A stretch of 55,983 bases of DNA, counting the filler, from Sphacelaria rigidula (Eukaryota): assembly GCA_964200075.2 (NCBI GenBank). It is 6 parts of 6 records of this genome, joined end to end, with 100 filler letters (N's around TTAATTAATTAA, not from the genome) between each part and the next. Parts side by side here need not be neighbours in the genome. Positions count along the whole stretch, not along the records: positions 9,349 to 18,595 come from CAXNAA020008934.1; positions 18,696 to 27,942 come from CAXNAA020008935.1; 4 more parts are not named here. One strand, 5' to 3'. The position numbers and the translations under genes are program-made. Shown here one piece after another: positions 13,225 to 24,596 of the stretch. Positions within the stretch are counted from its first letter, which is position 1. Every line of letters starts with the position of its first letter. The notes beneath the pieces were generated by a model. The model made no database searches. It was given only the letters and a program-made list of their open reading frames with translations, and was not told where the DNA came from.

Positions 13225-14185
13225 GTAAGTAGCTCGTGGTGAACAAACAAATTACTCGAGCAAACGAGTCAGTGCTCGTGGTCAAAAACATGAATAGCTT
13301 GAGCAGCCGAGTCATTACTCGCGGTGAAGAAGAAAATGACTCCAGCCCACGAGTCACCCCTCGTGGTTCAAAACAATATATGACCTGAGGAAACTAGTCA
13401 TTGCTCGTGGTTAAAAAAATGAAGAGCTCGAGCACTCGAGTCATTGTTCTTGGGAACGAAAAAAAGTCGAGTACACGAGGCAGTACTCGTGGTTAAGCAA
13501 ATGAGTAGCTCGAGCACTCGAGTCATTGCTCGCGGGGGGAAAAGTCAATTTTTTCGAGTACACGAGTCAGTGGTCGTGGTTAAGTAAATGAATAGCTCAA
13601 GTCATTGCTCGTGGGAAAAAATATAAGACTCGAGTACACGAGTCGGTGCAGGTGGTTAGAAACATTAGTAGCTTAAGCAGTCGAGTCATTACTCATGGTG
13701 AAGAAATATATTACTCCAGCCCACGCGTCACCGCTCGTGGTTTAAAAAATGAATGGCGCAATCACACGAGTCATTGCTCGTGGTTGAAAAAAACAATGAC
13801 TCAGGCACACGAGTCTGTGCTCGTGATTGGAAAAGTAAATGACTCGAGTATACAAGTCAGTGCTCATGGTTGAAGATTCTCGTGGTTGAAAAAGTAAGAT
13901 GACTGGTTGAAGACGTAAATGACTCGAGCAAAACACTTACTGCTCGTGGTGAAAAAATAAACGACTCGAGCAAATGAGCCATGATCGTGGTGAAGAAAAT
14001 AACTCGAGTCGTTTCTCATGGTGAAAATCAAAAATAGCTCGAGCACTCGAGTCATTGCTCGTGGTGGAAAAGCAAATGACGCGAGTGCTCGAGTCGTTGC
14101 TCGTGGTGGAAAAGATGAGTGACTCGAGCGAACGAGTCATGCTCGTTGCTTTCAAAATAAATCACTCAAGCATACGAGTCATCCT
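13225..14185. repeat. Tandem array of about 22 ~43-bp hairpin units (GAGTCATTGCTCGTGGT-A-rich-AATGACTCGAGCACAC)
   Basis: Directly visible; same unit at 46375-46560 and 49555-49862. Confidence 0.92.
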
Positions 14186-14289
14186 CGGTATGTAAAACAA
14201 AACACTGACGAATGCACTCGTTTCGACGTCGTCTCCGCCAACGTGCGCGAGCATCCTAAACATTCACACCAAGTCAAGAAACGAGGGGG

Positions 14290-14702
14290 CACACTTTCTA
14301 CAATACCCCCTCCCCCAAACCGGACGTGCTAGAGAAGGAAATGTGGAACATGAACAAAGGTGGCATGAAATCGTTTCATGCCTTAGACAGTAGGGAGGAA
14401 ACGATGGCTATACTAGGAGATATATGGTGGCCAGAGACGAGGAAACAGGACGGGGATAAGGTATGTAAACGGTTTTTGTGTAATGTATGGAAGAAACATA
14501 ATGAGCTGCGGAAGAAACATAATGAGCGCCGGAATGTTGGAGGTGTCTCTATTAGGGGTAGGAACGGTGCTCCGTCTCGAAAGGGATGCGTGATCAAGGG
14601 TCACACGACTAAGGCAAGCAACAAATGAGTACGCCCCCCCCCCCTCCAAAACCAGCCCAAGAGTGTCACGAAAAAAATGGCGATGCAGCGCATGATGTTT
14701 CG

Positions 14703-14737
<35 letters not shown>

Positions 14738-14875
14738 GTAGCATTAGCGAGAACTAAGCCAAGCGTGGGAGTTCCCAGCCGCTCATTGTGCTCGGCTTTT
14801 CCCATTTCGATTCACGTTAAGGTTTTGCCTCCCCAACCAGGCACTTTTGGGGGGGAAGCCATCGTAGAAAGTGTC
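14290..14875. mobile_element. GAC..GTC-family MITE (TIR GACACTTTCTACGATAGCCCC) carrying a LINE fragment and a (TA)n tract
   Basis: Ends match 48660-48915 and 27827; flanks GGGG/GGGA. Confidence 0.8.
14322..14644 (+). mobile_element. 5'-truncated non-LTR retrotransposon 3' end with poly(C) tail (ORF 14326-14628)
   Basis: ORF end AILGDIWW..KRFLCNVWKK resembles LINE ORF2 C-termini; followed by GAGTACG(C)n; flanking duplication CCCCTCC..AAACC; second copy at 55803-55983. Confidence 0.7.
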
Positions 14876-15212
14876 GGGAACTATCACCGCACTCTACATA
14901 CCTTCAACCCTAGAAGGGCATCTGCTGGGTCCTCCTCACTCTCCTGTGTCATATTTTTGTTTTCTTCATTTTTTGTTGTTTTTCCGGGTGATTTTTGAGG
15001 ATAAAAAGACGTTGCTCTTGGACCGTACCTCAGTTTGTTTAGTTCGATTCTCGAATCGTGATTTTAAACTGAGCGTGGAGAAGGGCAGCGGCATCCTGAA
15101 AAAAAAAGAGCCTTCACTTTCTTTTTGGGAGAGAGGTTAGGACCTTCTCGGGAAAAACGATATTTACTATATGCAAACGTCCTACACCACTAAAAAACTA
15201 ACCCACGTTTTG

Positions 15213-15623
15213 AACAGTGGATTCTCGAAAATGGGGTTGAAAAAAAATGAGGTTTAACCCAAAAGCCGTGCTTTCCCTGACCTAAATTCATGGTAAATGA
15301 CTTTCATATGGACGACCTTATCCCTCCCGACCCCCCTAAAACTATTTCGGGGGGTTTCTAGTCTTCCGCTCTCCCAAACGGTATATGCGCAAGCACACTT
15401 TTGCCTCGATTTCGGGGTGAAAACCGGACGTCTTTTCACCCGAAAATCGTGCTTTCGTACATGAGCGGGAGGCTAGGAATCCCCCGACATACTATTAGGC
15501 AACTCGGGAGGGGTGGGGTTGTCCATATGAAAGTCATTTGTCGTGAACTCAGGTCGGGGCAAGCACGGCTTTTGAGTTGAACCTCATTTTTTGTTTTAAC
15601 CTCATTTTCGACAATCCACAGTT
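15213..15623. mobile_element. Foldback MITE, AAC..GTT ends, flanks TTTG/TTTT
   Basis: Long inverted arms AACAGTGGATTCTCGAAAATG / CATTTTCGACAATCCACAGTT. Confidence 0.85.
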
Positions 15624-15743
15624 TTTTCGGATTCATGCCCTAGCGAGGTTCCGCAAAAAAATCCAACAAACGAATACCAAACCTGGGTCGGTAAGTGGCC
15701 CACAATATACTGCTCCGAATTTCAATCGGCCCGGTTTTCAAAC

Positions 15744-16011
15744 GGCCCATCCGCAGCTCAATTGTTATAGTTGGACCTTAAAATTTGGTGTTAACAACGA
15801 ATAGGCCATAATACAAAAACGCATGCATGGGCCCATAGCTTTGTGTTCCTTTCATAGTAAAAGACAATAATCAGTTTTCAGGTTCAGAAAAATGCCGTGA
15901 ACTCATGGAGAAAAAGCTTTGGATCCACGCATACATCTTGTTTTTGTGGCCTATTCATTGCTCACACCGAAATTTAAGGTCCAACTCTAAATATTGAGCT
16001 GCGAATGGGCC
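15744..16011. mobile_element. MITE with ~95-bp TIRs (GGCCCAT..), ~7-bp TSD TTCAAAC/TACAAAC
   Basis: Inverted arms and flanking near-duplication visible. Confidence 0.8.
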
Positions 16012-16142
16012 TACAAACCACAATTCCGCTTCGAGGCTGGCCCGACTCGTATCGAGCACCACCTCCACCAACCTAGCATGCATCGACCATTTTTTTTCTT
16101 CAAAGCTATTAGAATTAACGCATAATAGCTACAAAGCGAGGA

Positions 16143-16298
16143 CTGCTTTTGGTGAGATTACGAGCATAAAATGACGACTACACGAGGGTCATTAGGACAG
16201 CCCTACATTGTGCGGCAGCACGAGGACGTTCATTCGTCCAAAAATAGCAATGTCAACAGACGCAAGGCTTACCAAATGCTACGTTCCGTACTGGAAAA
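16143..16298. repeat. Dispersed repeat also at 49856-50010
   Basis: Aligns by eye (TGCTTTTGGTGAGATT..TACCAAATGCTAC.TTCCGT.CTGGAAAA). Confidence 0.8.
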
Positions 16299-16949
16299 TA
16301 TGGGGGCGCGTGGGTGGAGGGGCTCGGAGGGTATGGCGTGGAAAAACGTTCAAACTTCTTTACCCCACAGCAGTATTCCGCTGAAAAGCCTCAACACCTA
16401 TTTCCTGCATATTTTTTGTTGTACCAGACAAGAGGTTGCACATCTGTGAGTACGGTAAAAAACGTTGGCTTCGGTTCTGAAATGTTCACTACACGGTTCT
16501 TTCCAGAGTTTTTGGTTGATGTGTGTCGTATCCACCGTCCTCTGCTTCGACCGCCTAGAGCTACGCCACTTGGAAATCGGGCTAAGCCTAACACCGATAC
16601 ATCGCACACATGTGCGCAAACGGGAACACTCTGACGCCGAAACACAAAGATCAGCGATATGGGAGGAAATTGCGCCTGATCAGTCACGGACTCACGTTTG
16701 GCATTCGCAAAACTGGCATATGTTGTTGTCGCATCGGCAGCACTTGGCGTTGGGGTCACGGGTCAAACTCTTATAGCAACCGCTGCAAGCCCATCGCCCC
16801 CACTTGTCGTTGCCGAGGCAATAATTTCCTTCGCGTTCCCATCACGAACACTATGGAGTTGCCCTCGCGGTGGCATGTAGAGCAGTGAATATTTCAAGCT
16901 TCCGCTTCGCTGCGCCTGCCTTGACCACCTCTACCTGGGATGTGCCGCG

Positions 16950-17420
16950 CAGCAGTCGCTCGACAACCCCCCGTCGGCGCTCGTCCAAATTAGTCTCCCC
17001 CACCTGCAAGCGGCGCCCGCCCAATCCCTTCTCGGCCGGCTCCCGCCGGCGCTCGACCGCACGAGTGCCTGCCAAGTGTCACGGGTGACTATCCTCCCGC
17101 CGGCGCTCGGCCACCCCCCGCGGGCGCTCGGCCGAACAATTCCGTCCCAACTGTCACCGGTGTCCGCCTTTTCCACCTCCCGCCGGCGCTCGGCCGAGCG
17201 AGTCTCTCTCACGCGCCAACTGCGCCCGCCCAAACCAACGTTGGTCGGCTCCTGCCGGCACTCGACCGCCCCCCGCCGACGCTCGACCGAACGAGTCGTT
17301 GCTAATTGTCACCGGCGCCTGCCCAACCACACCTCGGTCGCGTTCCGCCAGTCCTGGCTCAAATGAATCTACACCACCTGCCACCGGCGCCAACCCAGCG
17401 CCTTTTCGAGCGTCTCCTCC
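16950..17420. repeat. GC-rich degenerate minisatellite (CCCGCCGGCGCTCG.CCGA core, ~60-bp period)
   Basis: Core recurs about 7 times. Confidence 0.75.
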
Positions 17421-17531
17421 AGTCGCTTGCCAAGGCGAGTCTCCACCGTCTGCCGCCGACGCACGTCTGCTCCCTTGTCGGGGTGAGGTACATCGACGAG
17501 GAGCCGCCCTTGCCGGCCCGACAGACCACAC

Positions 17532-17958
17532 AACACGGGATTTCAGAAATTGGGGATGGGTTGTATTATTGAGGACGAGAAACCCGGACGATTAAAATCT
17601 TTGTATCCACACCAAATTTTCGAATATGGTTCCACTTCTTCACCTCCTGGTAGCCATTGACAACTACTACACGCCATACGAGTTAGGATTCCGATAACCG
17701 AAATGTTGGGGTCCTAGGTGTAAAACCAATTTTGGGGAATTTCGGCGATCTGATCTGATCTTCTGATTTCCCAAGATTGTTTTTCCACCTAGGACCCCAA
17801 CATGTCGGTTATCAGGATCCAAATTTGTACGGCGTGTAGAAGTAGTTGTCAATAGCTATCAATAGGTGAAGAAGTGGAACTATATTTCGAAGATTTGGTG
17901 TGGATACGAAAATTTTAATTCTCCGGGTTCTCATCCTAAACAAAGAATCCATCCTCAT
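17532..17958. mobile_element. Second copy of the 2438-2882 foldback MITE, right end eroded
   Basis: Starts AACACGGGAT; colinear homology; a fragment also at 46737-46790. Confidence 0.85.
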
Positions 17959-18094
17959 TCGCTCATAGCCCTTGCTGGCTGTGATGTAACGCCGCCTATC
18001 TAATTGTTGATGACGATCGTTCACCAATGTATTCAACATAGTCTGTGAAGTGAAGGCACGAACTCGCCGACTGTCAGAGATACTCACCATACCC

Positions 18095-18595
18095 AAGGGG
18101 TACTCTATACTCACGTATTATTACTGAGAGTGCTTACTCAATATTCGAGTAGAGTATTTGAAGTCGTACTCGATCTACTCAAATTTTGAGCAGCGCATTT
18201 GAGGCCGTACTCGATCTACTCAAATTTGAGTATTGAGGTCATACTCAAGTGATACTCTATGCTCAAGTATTCCTAGGAGTGCTTACTCGAAATTTGAGTA
18301 TTGTATTTGAGGTCGTACTCAAAAATTGAGTAGAGTATTTGAGGCCGTACTCGACCTACTCAAAATTTGAGTAGAATATTGAGGTCATACTCAATTGATA
18401 CTCTATACTCAAGTAATACTGAGAGTGCTTACTCAATATTCGAGAAGAGTATTTGAGGTCGTACTCGACGCACTCAAAATTTGAGTAGAGTATTGGAGGC
18501 CGTACTCAACGTACTCAACATTTGAGTAGAGTATTTGAGGCCGTACTCGACCTACTCAAACGTCGAGTAGAGTAAATACTTGAGTATTTTACTCG
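18095..18595. repeat. Tandem array of ~40-bp hairpin units (GAGTAGAGTATTTGAGGCCGTACTCGACCTACTCAAAATTT), cut by contig end
   Basis: Directly visible. Confidence 0.9.
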
Positions 18596-18695
18596 NNNNN
18601 NNNNNNNNNNNNNNNNNNNNNNNNNNNNNNNNNNNNNNNTTAATTAATTAANNNNNNNNNNNNNNNNNNNNNNNNNNNNNNNNNNNNNNNNNNNN
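18596..18695. other. Artificial contig spacer
   Basis: N44-TTAATTAATTAA-N44. Confidence 0.98.
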
Positions 18696-18832
18696 GGTGG
18701 GGGGGGGGGGTGGGGGGGGGGGGGGGGGGGGGGGGCGGGGGGCGGTGGTACTCATGATCATGCATGCCTTGAGAGAATCAATCAATCAATCAATTATGCC
18801 ATAGTCATAAGACCATTGACCTCGCATCCCTA
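18696..18832 (-). mobile_element. 3' end of poly(C)-tailed retroposon, with a 27-bp micro-insertion
   Basis: Reverse complement of AGGGATGCGAGGTCAATGGTCTTATGACTATGGCAT..CATGAGTAC(C)n; same end at 28043 and 37230. Confidence 0.7.
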
Positions 18833-20614
18833 AACCCAACTCCGATAGTGGCCGACATGATGCTCTGTTGTCGCCCGTTGCGATGCATTGCTCATCTCGC
18901 GATACCTGTTCGTATGCGTGTGATGCTGTTCTTGCCAGACTAACTTCGGGCACATATTCAACGCAGCGAGAGCCCCGACCGAGGCGTCTAGCACGTAATT
19001 CCTGGACAAGGTGAAGGCCGACAAACCCCAGGCACACGAGAAGTGGATGAGAATTGACCCCACGTCATGGACGTACCACACACGCCGTGACAATCGTGTG
19101 TGGGACCAGATAACGACAAACATGGTGGAGAGCTGCAACAACATGATTGGAGCCGCAGTAAGGATCCGAGTAAAAATGTCTGCGCGCTAGGCGCATACTG
19201 CATGGGGTCGATGTGGTGACCGTCCGCCGTCCGTCCATCGCGTCTTGTTGTTTTGCAGCTGTCGACAAGTATTATGGAATGCGTAAAATCGGGGCCCCGT
19301 TGCCGTGAGAAATGGCCACATGAGCGCCAGCGGTTTGCCACAATTGATATTTCAGTGGTACGCCCTTTGCCGCGCAGGTCACGAGTAAACCGTGTATTTC
19401 ACAGTAAGCAGCGAACGGCCACGACTTTGTGCGCCTGCTATCTCTTCCAGGCAGCTGCAACGGCCTCAAATCTTCTTCATCGGAAGGACCTGCGTATAGG
19501 ATAAATTTCAAACTCCAACAACTGTCGTTCGCACTTCTTCCTTTGTGCGCGATGTCCAGTTGCGGGGGCGGCCAGTGTTCGACCTCACCAAGGGCGTGAT
19601 GAAGATGGTGGCGGAAAAGTTGCACGAGGCCGCACAACTCAAGAAGGGAACCCGTCAGGTGTTCACACCTTGGCTGGAAGAAGTCCGAGATCGCGAGCTT
19701 TCATGATCTAAAAGGGAAGTCAAATAACTCCACTGCATATTACACTGTAAATCACTTCAGCGTAGCACATATGTAGTCGCTGTCGGCGCTCAGTTGTGAT
19801 GGCCACGACCGCGTCGCGGTCGTCCATGATGGTCTCGTGGTCTATTGTCGATGATTTTTAGGTATATCCTACGCGGTTGCCGCTCGCTTGTCCGAACCTT
19901 TGTCACCATCTTTCACGAATTACATCTTCACCATTCGACGACACCGTTGCCTTTCCATGATGCGGCATATAGGCTGTTGGTGAAGACATCTTCTGAAGGC
20001 AAGTACACGGTAGCCATGAAGACGAACCCCAGGATGGAAAATCGGGTGACACTGGAGTGGGGTTCCACGGGCCAGCCAGTCAAGATGGAGTGCGGCTGCT
20101 GATATGTGCTCAGACGGGGGTTGCCTTGCCACCATGTGTTGGCAGTCTGCGAGAGTGAGTGACATGCGCCGTTCAAACATTGTCGACGATGCCTTATCGC
20201 GGAGACAAATCAAGGCGGGGCGGGAATTGTACCGCAACTGAACCGAAAAATGCTCTCCTCGAGTCGTTATTGCACGTACATGAAGAGAAAATGTAAAATC
20301 AGCCGCAGCACATGAAGCTGACCTCCGGCATGGAATATGCCACGAGCCTCGCCCTCGATTACATGTCCGGCGCTGTCTCCGCCTGCACAGCTCCCCGTTC
20401 TCTTCGTGGGTGCTGTGTAAGTTTAGCATTGACGCGTCGTCACGCGTCTGTCGGTGTCTACAAGATTTTGAGTCACACGTTGTACGTATTGTTGTGCGCA
20501 CGTATGAGAACTTCTCCAGCATGTCCTAGGATTGTACCAAGGATGACAGCTTAACCTCGAACACTCTCTCCTTTGTAGCATAAGAAGTAAATCGTTTTTG
20601 TGAAAAGCGCAAGT

Positions 20615-20914
20615 AACAGTGTTTTCGTGAGGTTGATAGTAGAGAATACGGTTGAGAGTGAAACGCGGCCAATTAGTGACATAATCGTTTCAGTTCCGAA
20701 ATGCCCCTCCCCGAGGCCCAATATGCTTATCGTAGTAGCTTGCCACTGAGGCTTTTGACATCCCTGAGCAGGATATCGACGTGTAGCTGCAAGCACACGC
20801 CAGTGATGGACACAAAGAAAGGCACACACGGAATGAAGAAATGGCGAAGTTACAGCGAATCATCAAAGCTACTCTCAATCAGTGCTCTTCTCTCAATCTC
20901 ACGAAAACATTGTT
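20615..20914. mobile_element. 300-bp MITE, TIR AACAATGTTTTCGTGAGATTGA, flanks AAGT/GAGT
   Basis: Copies at 43071-43370 (inverted) and 32145-36520 (split by the copia element). Confidence 0.9.
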
Positions 20915-21117
20915 GAGTGTCGCGGGATTTCAGCGAGCACTGTGAAAGCATAGTATCCATATTACTACCTCATCAAGTCACGTGTTCACTAGTAAATAGT
21001 AGCCTACTTGCTCATCTTGTCCCATGTTTCGGCCGAAGAGTTGCGATCGGCCGCGGGTTTGCAATGAAGACGTACCATTGTGCACTACTGAGCGTGTTGT
21101 CCTATATTTTTTCCTTC

Positions 21118-21295
21118 ACGCCGGTGTACATCTTGCGCTGTACGTGGGCGCATCAGCAGGGATGACACGAGAGAAAAGTTGGATTCCTCTTTTTTCTATT
21201 AGTGCTTGATTTTTAGTCGCGATATGGGTCCAACGGTCCCTTTCCCTTATCGACCGTGATGTCGAATTTTGTGTAGCCATGACATTGTCGCTCCC
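21118..21295 (-). mobile_element. Partial body of SINE family B
   Basis: Shares TCGACCGTGATGTCGAATTTTGTGTA and GGGCGCATCA with 50852-51156. Confidence 0.6.
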
Positions 21296-22849
21296 CATTG
21301 TTGGGCAATGTGTGACCAAAAATGCCACCTGTTGCGACTACACCGGACGGACCCACCAGGGTGATCGGCTACTGCTGCGAATATGTTCGGCACCAGCGCA
21401 GCAGTACAGCAGTAGTAGACTAGTTTATACCGTTCCACAATATTTCCTGTCGTTGAAAAACAGTGAAATTGATCACATCTCAAATTCTAGCAACATTGAC
21501 TGGGAAAAAGAAATGAATCGTGTGTCGGTGTGCCCGGTGAAGAAAGGATGTGACGAGCATGATGGAGCATGACATCCATGTACGGAGCATAACTAATGTT
21601 TTTTTTCTCGACAGTACAAGCATGAGTCGCTCATAATTTCCACGTCACGAGCAATGTATTTGGTGAAATTACAAGCATAAGAAACGGCTTTGGCAGCATA
21701 ATCAGCACAACCCTACCATGCTCCCCATCGTCGTTCGTTGTCTGCGCTTTACGTTTGCAGGCACGAACACTCTCGACCGGTCGCTGACGCTCATACCGGA
21801 GAGCTTCAGACTAGAGAACTACCGCTCGACGGCCTACACCCCAGCATTGAAGATCGTTTTCCCGACCTGGGGCCAGCTCACGCATGATAAAACGCGTCGT
21901 GACCCCCCAAGGGTGAAGCAAGCTGGCGCACCCACAAAGGGCCATCCGAGGAAGAATTGCATCCCCGGGGTAGGCGACTACGCCTCGTCTTCCAAGTACA
22001 ACACCGCAATTGCGGCGCCCGCGCCATCCAGCACCACGGGAGCGCAAGGCGGTGCCCCCAACTCGGCGCCGGCGCCCGGCACCGGTGGGGGAGCGCAGGC
22101 CACGCTGTCGCAAGATTCTACTATTGACCTTTCACGGGCGTAATGAAGCGAGTACGCCGTAGATGGGAAGATGTCGACGGGTAGTGGAAAGCAGTGTGGG
22201 TACGTTGCTCACGTGCTTTGCCTTCCCCGGGTTTTGCTCGTCCTCTCGGAGGGGTGTCCGCGTTTTTTTTGTTCACCTCTTGTAGTCGAAACCGGTGGGG
22301 ATTGTTGTCACCTGAGTTCGCGGGCTCCTTTCGTGATGTGTCTGCAAGTTGACCGTCTTGGGTCGTAACGTGTTTGTGTGTGTTCGATCACCGCCCCGCT
22401 TGCAGCGCCTGGGCCATATTTGAAGACCGCGTGGTTTGCTTCATTCCTTCTCAACGGCATCGCGTAGTGTGCGTTCTCCTGGTTGACTCGTCACGTTTTA
22501 TCTCCAGTCGGATTATTCATGTATTTTGTTTGGCGCGTATTTTTGTGAGATATGTCTTGGTTCGGCGTCACCAGGCTTGGTGTTCCGTTCTGTCTGTTAT
22601 TCTTGTGGTCGTCGCTCTTCCTTACCGTTTGTTTTCTTTGATTTCGTCCTCATTTTCAGGCGTTGACATTTTCCCTCGTGGTTGGTGTCTTGTTTGTTCA
22701 AGTATTTTCCTTGAAAACGTTCGTCTCATGTTCACGGCTGGATACCTCCGGAACATCAGTAAATCAGTGCTGTCCTTGAATGAAGAATGGAGGGTCAATT
22801 GAGGGAGGGCTCTATCCCGGGATGATCGTGCCGGTAAAACTTTTTGTTG

Positions 22850-23560
22850 GGTAGCCGTCTGCGCGCCTCAAAATCCATTATGTAGCCAAAACAGCGGAGA
22901 CTCGGAAACTCCCAGTACATACTATCGTTTAATTCATCATTATGCTGGCGGAGAAACAGAGAAGAACAATGTTCTTATGATCCTGCTTCTTAATTCTCGA
23001 AGTCGCCGAGGGGGGCAACAGGGGCCTGGCTCCTTTGTTTTTTTTTGTACGTATAACCCCTTCGGTTCTATCCCAGCATAAAAGTGCAAAAAGGATATGG
23101 CATTTGCAGCGCTCAACTTTGTGATGTGTAGCGGTCTTCGCCTCGAAATCCATCATACAGCCGTAACAAGTGAGGCTCCCGAAATTCCCAGTACAAATTA
23201 TCGTCCAATTTCTTGCACTGGTGGCGACCCAGAGGAAAATGTAGAAAAACAGTGTTCTTGAACCCCTTATTTCTTCATTCTCGAGGCCACCGAGGGGGTG
23301 AGGGGTTCGTCCTGACTCCGATCGTGTTATGTACGACCACTTCGAGTTTTTCCCCAGAACAACGGGGCAAATAGAACATGGCATTTGTTGCGCCCAGCTT
23401 TGTGATGTGTAGCGGTCTGCGCGCCTCGAAGGCCATTCTGTAGACGCAACAACGGAGACTCAAAAGCTCACCGTACAATTTTTCGCCCCAATTCCTTACA
23501 CTTGTGGAAAAACCGAGGAGAAAGGTGTTCTGGAGAAGCTATTTCTTCACTCTCCAAGTC
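22850..23560. repeat. ~280-bp tandem repeat, about 2.5 copies
   Basis: TAGC.GTCT..GCGCCTC.AA..CCAT recurs near 22852, 23129 and 23410. Confidence 0.75.
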
Positions 23561-24162
23561 GCCGACGGGCGGGGGAGGACGGGGGCTGGCTACATCATCT
23601 TGATTTGTACGACCCCTGGGGTTTTATCCCAGGACAAGATTTGTCAATGCAAGATGATATTTGTAACGCTCAGCCATTGTGTTGTGTGCGGCATTGTCAT
23701 GATTTCCCGAGTGCCAACGACAATGGTGCAACACGTCGTGACCTCTGGAGGATTGACAACGCAGCCAGGTGTGCTGTAGAATACGTATCGTTCGCACCAT
23801 CTTCTTCCAGCTGAGGCTGACAAGAGCGAACAAGTGGACCCAAGGCAACGTCGTGTACCTCTCGAGCAGTTGATTATCACACAGCACAAATGGGCGGACA
23901 CAACCAAGCCACTGCCGATGCCAAGCGTTACTACAGTACTTCGTGGATGGCTCACGATGATGAGTCCATGGCCGCTTGCATGGGTGACCAATCGACATCA
24001 AATTGTTCCCATTATTTGTCAACTATAGATGATGAACTTCACCAGCTTCCGGAAATCTGTGTACATACTCGAGTTGTTAATTTCGTGATATTGTGCAGAG
24101 GGTCACGGGCGAAAAGGGAGTCTCGTCGGCACGGTCTGCTTACTAAAGACGGTAGCCTATAA

Positions 24163-24353
24163 GGCCGTGTCTTGTCAAATTGTTTTCGTGTCGAAAACCT
24201 GCGGTCGAATCGATTTCCCTCGTTTCTGATTCGCCCACGCTCTTTTGTTTTCTCAGATGGTTGTGAACATGGATGCCGTGGACGTGTCAAGGAAGAGCAT
24301 ATTCGATACCATCGTACGTTTTCGAGTCGAAAACAATTTGATAGGACACCGCT
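24163..24353. mobile_element. Tourist-like MITE, TAA TSD
   Basis: TIRs GGCCGTGTCTTGTCAAATTGTTTTCG / CGAAAACAATTTGATAGGACACCGCT with TAA on both sides. Confidence 0.85.
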
Positions 24354-24380
24354 TAAGTTGTGATATTTCCATACCTATTA

Positions 24381-24596
24381 GAGGTATTTTAAATTCGGCT
24401 CCCGGTATCCTGGTTTATTCGCTGGCTCTGAGCTGTGTACTAATTTTCAAGTGAAAGTGATCGCGATTCATGAGAAGACCTGACCTGGTGGTCTGGCGGT
24501 CAAAGGGTCACATGATCTGATGAATCGGCATCACTTTCACTTGAAACAATCGAACAAAACAAACCAGGATATCGGGAGCCGAGTTTGAGATACTTC
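24381..24596. mobile_element. MITE with GAG-starting ~37-bp TIR
   Basis: GAGGTATTTTAAATTCGGCTCCCGGTATCCTGG and its inverse; inverted partial copy at 42250-42438; TSD unclear. Confidence 0.8.

Larger units (their letters stand above)
11192..14190. mobile_element. ~3-kb composite interspersed repeat, copy 1 (degenerate tandem block + ORF region + 43-bp array)
   Basis: Colinear with 46810-49862 on a different contig; true ends not defined. Confidence 0.8.
18939..22143 (+). pseudogene. Intron-containing Mutator/MULE transposase pseudogene (C-terminal half, SWIM finger)
   Basis: Exon 18939-19157 (FNAARAPTE..KWMRIDPTSW..QITTNMVESCNNMI, one stop); SWIM CGC*YVLRRGLPCHHVLAV at 20091-20150; in-phase GT-AG intron 20155-21760; last exon ..NYRSTAYTP..DPPRVKQAGAP.. 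ending TAA 22143. Confidence 0.8.

Noticed and set aside
13225..14185. CRISPR array
   Set aside because: Inter-repeat segments are short A-rich variants of each other rather than unique spacers; repeats are degenerate; no cas genes; eukaryotic TE context.
16851..17595. Arg/Pro-rich ORFs on both strands
   Set aside because: Explained by the GC-rich minisatellite.
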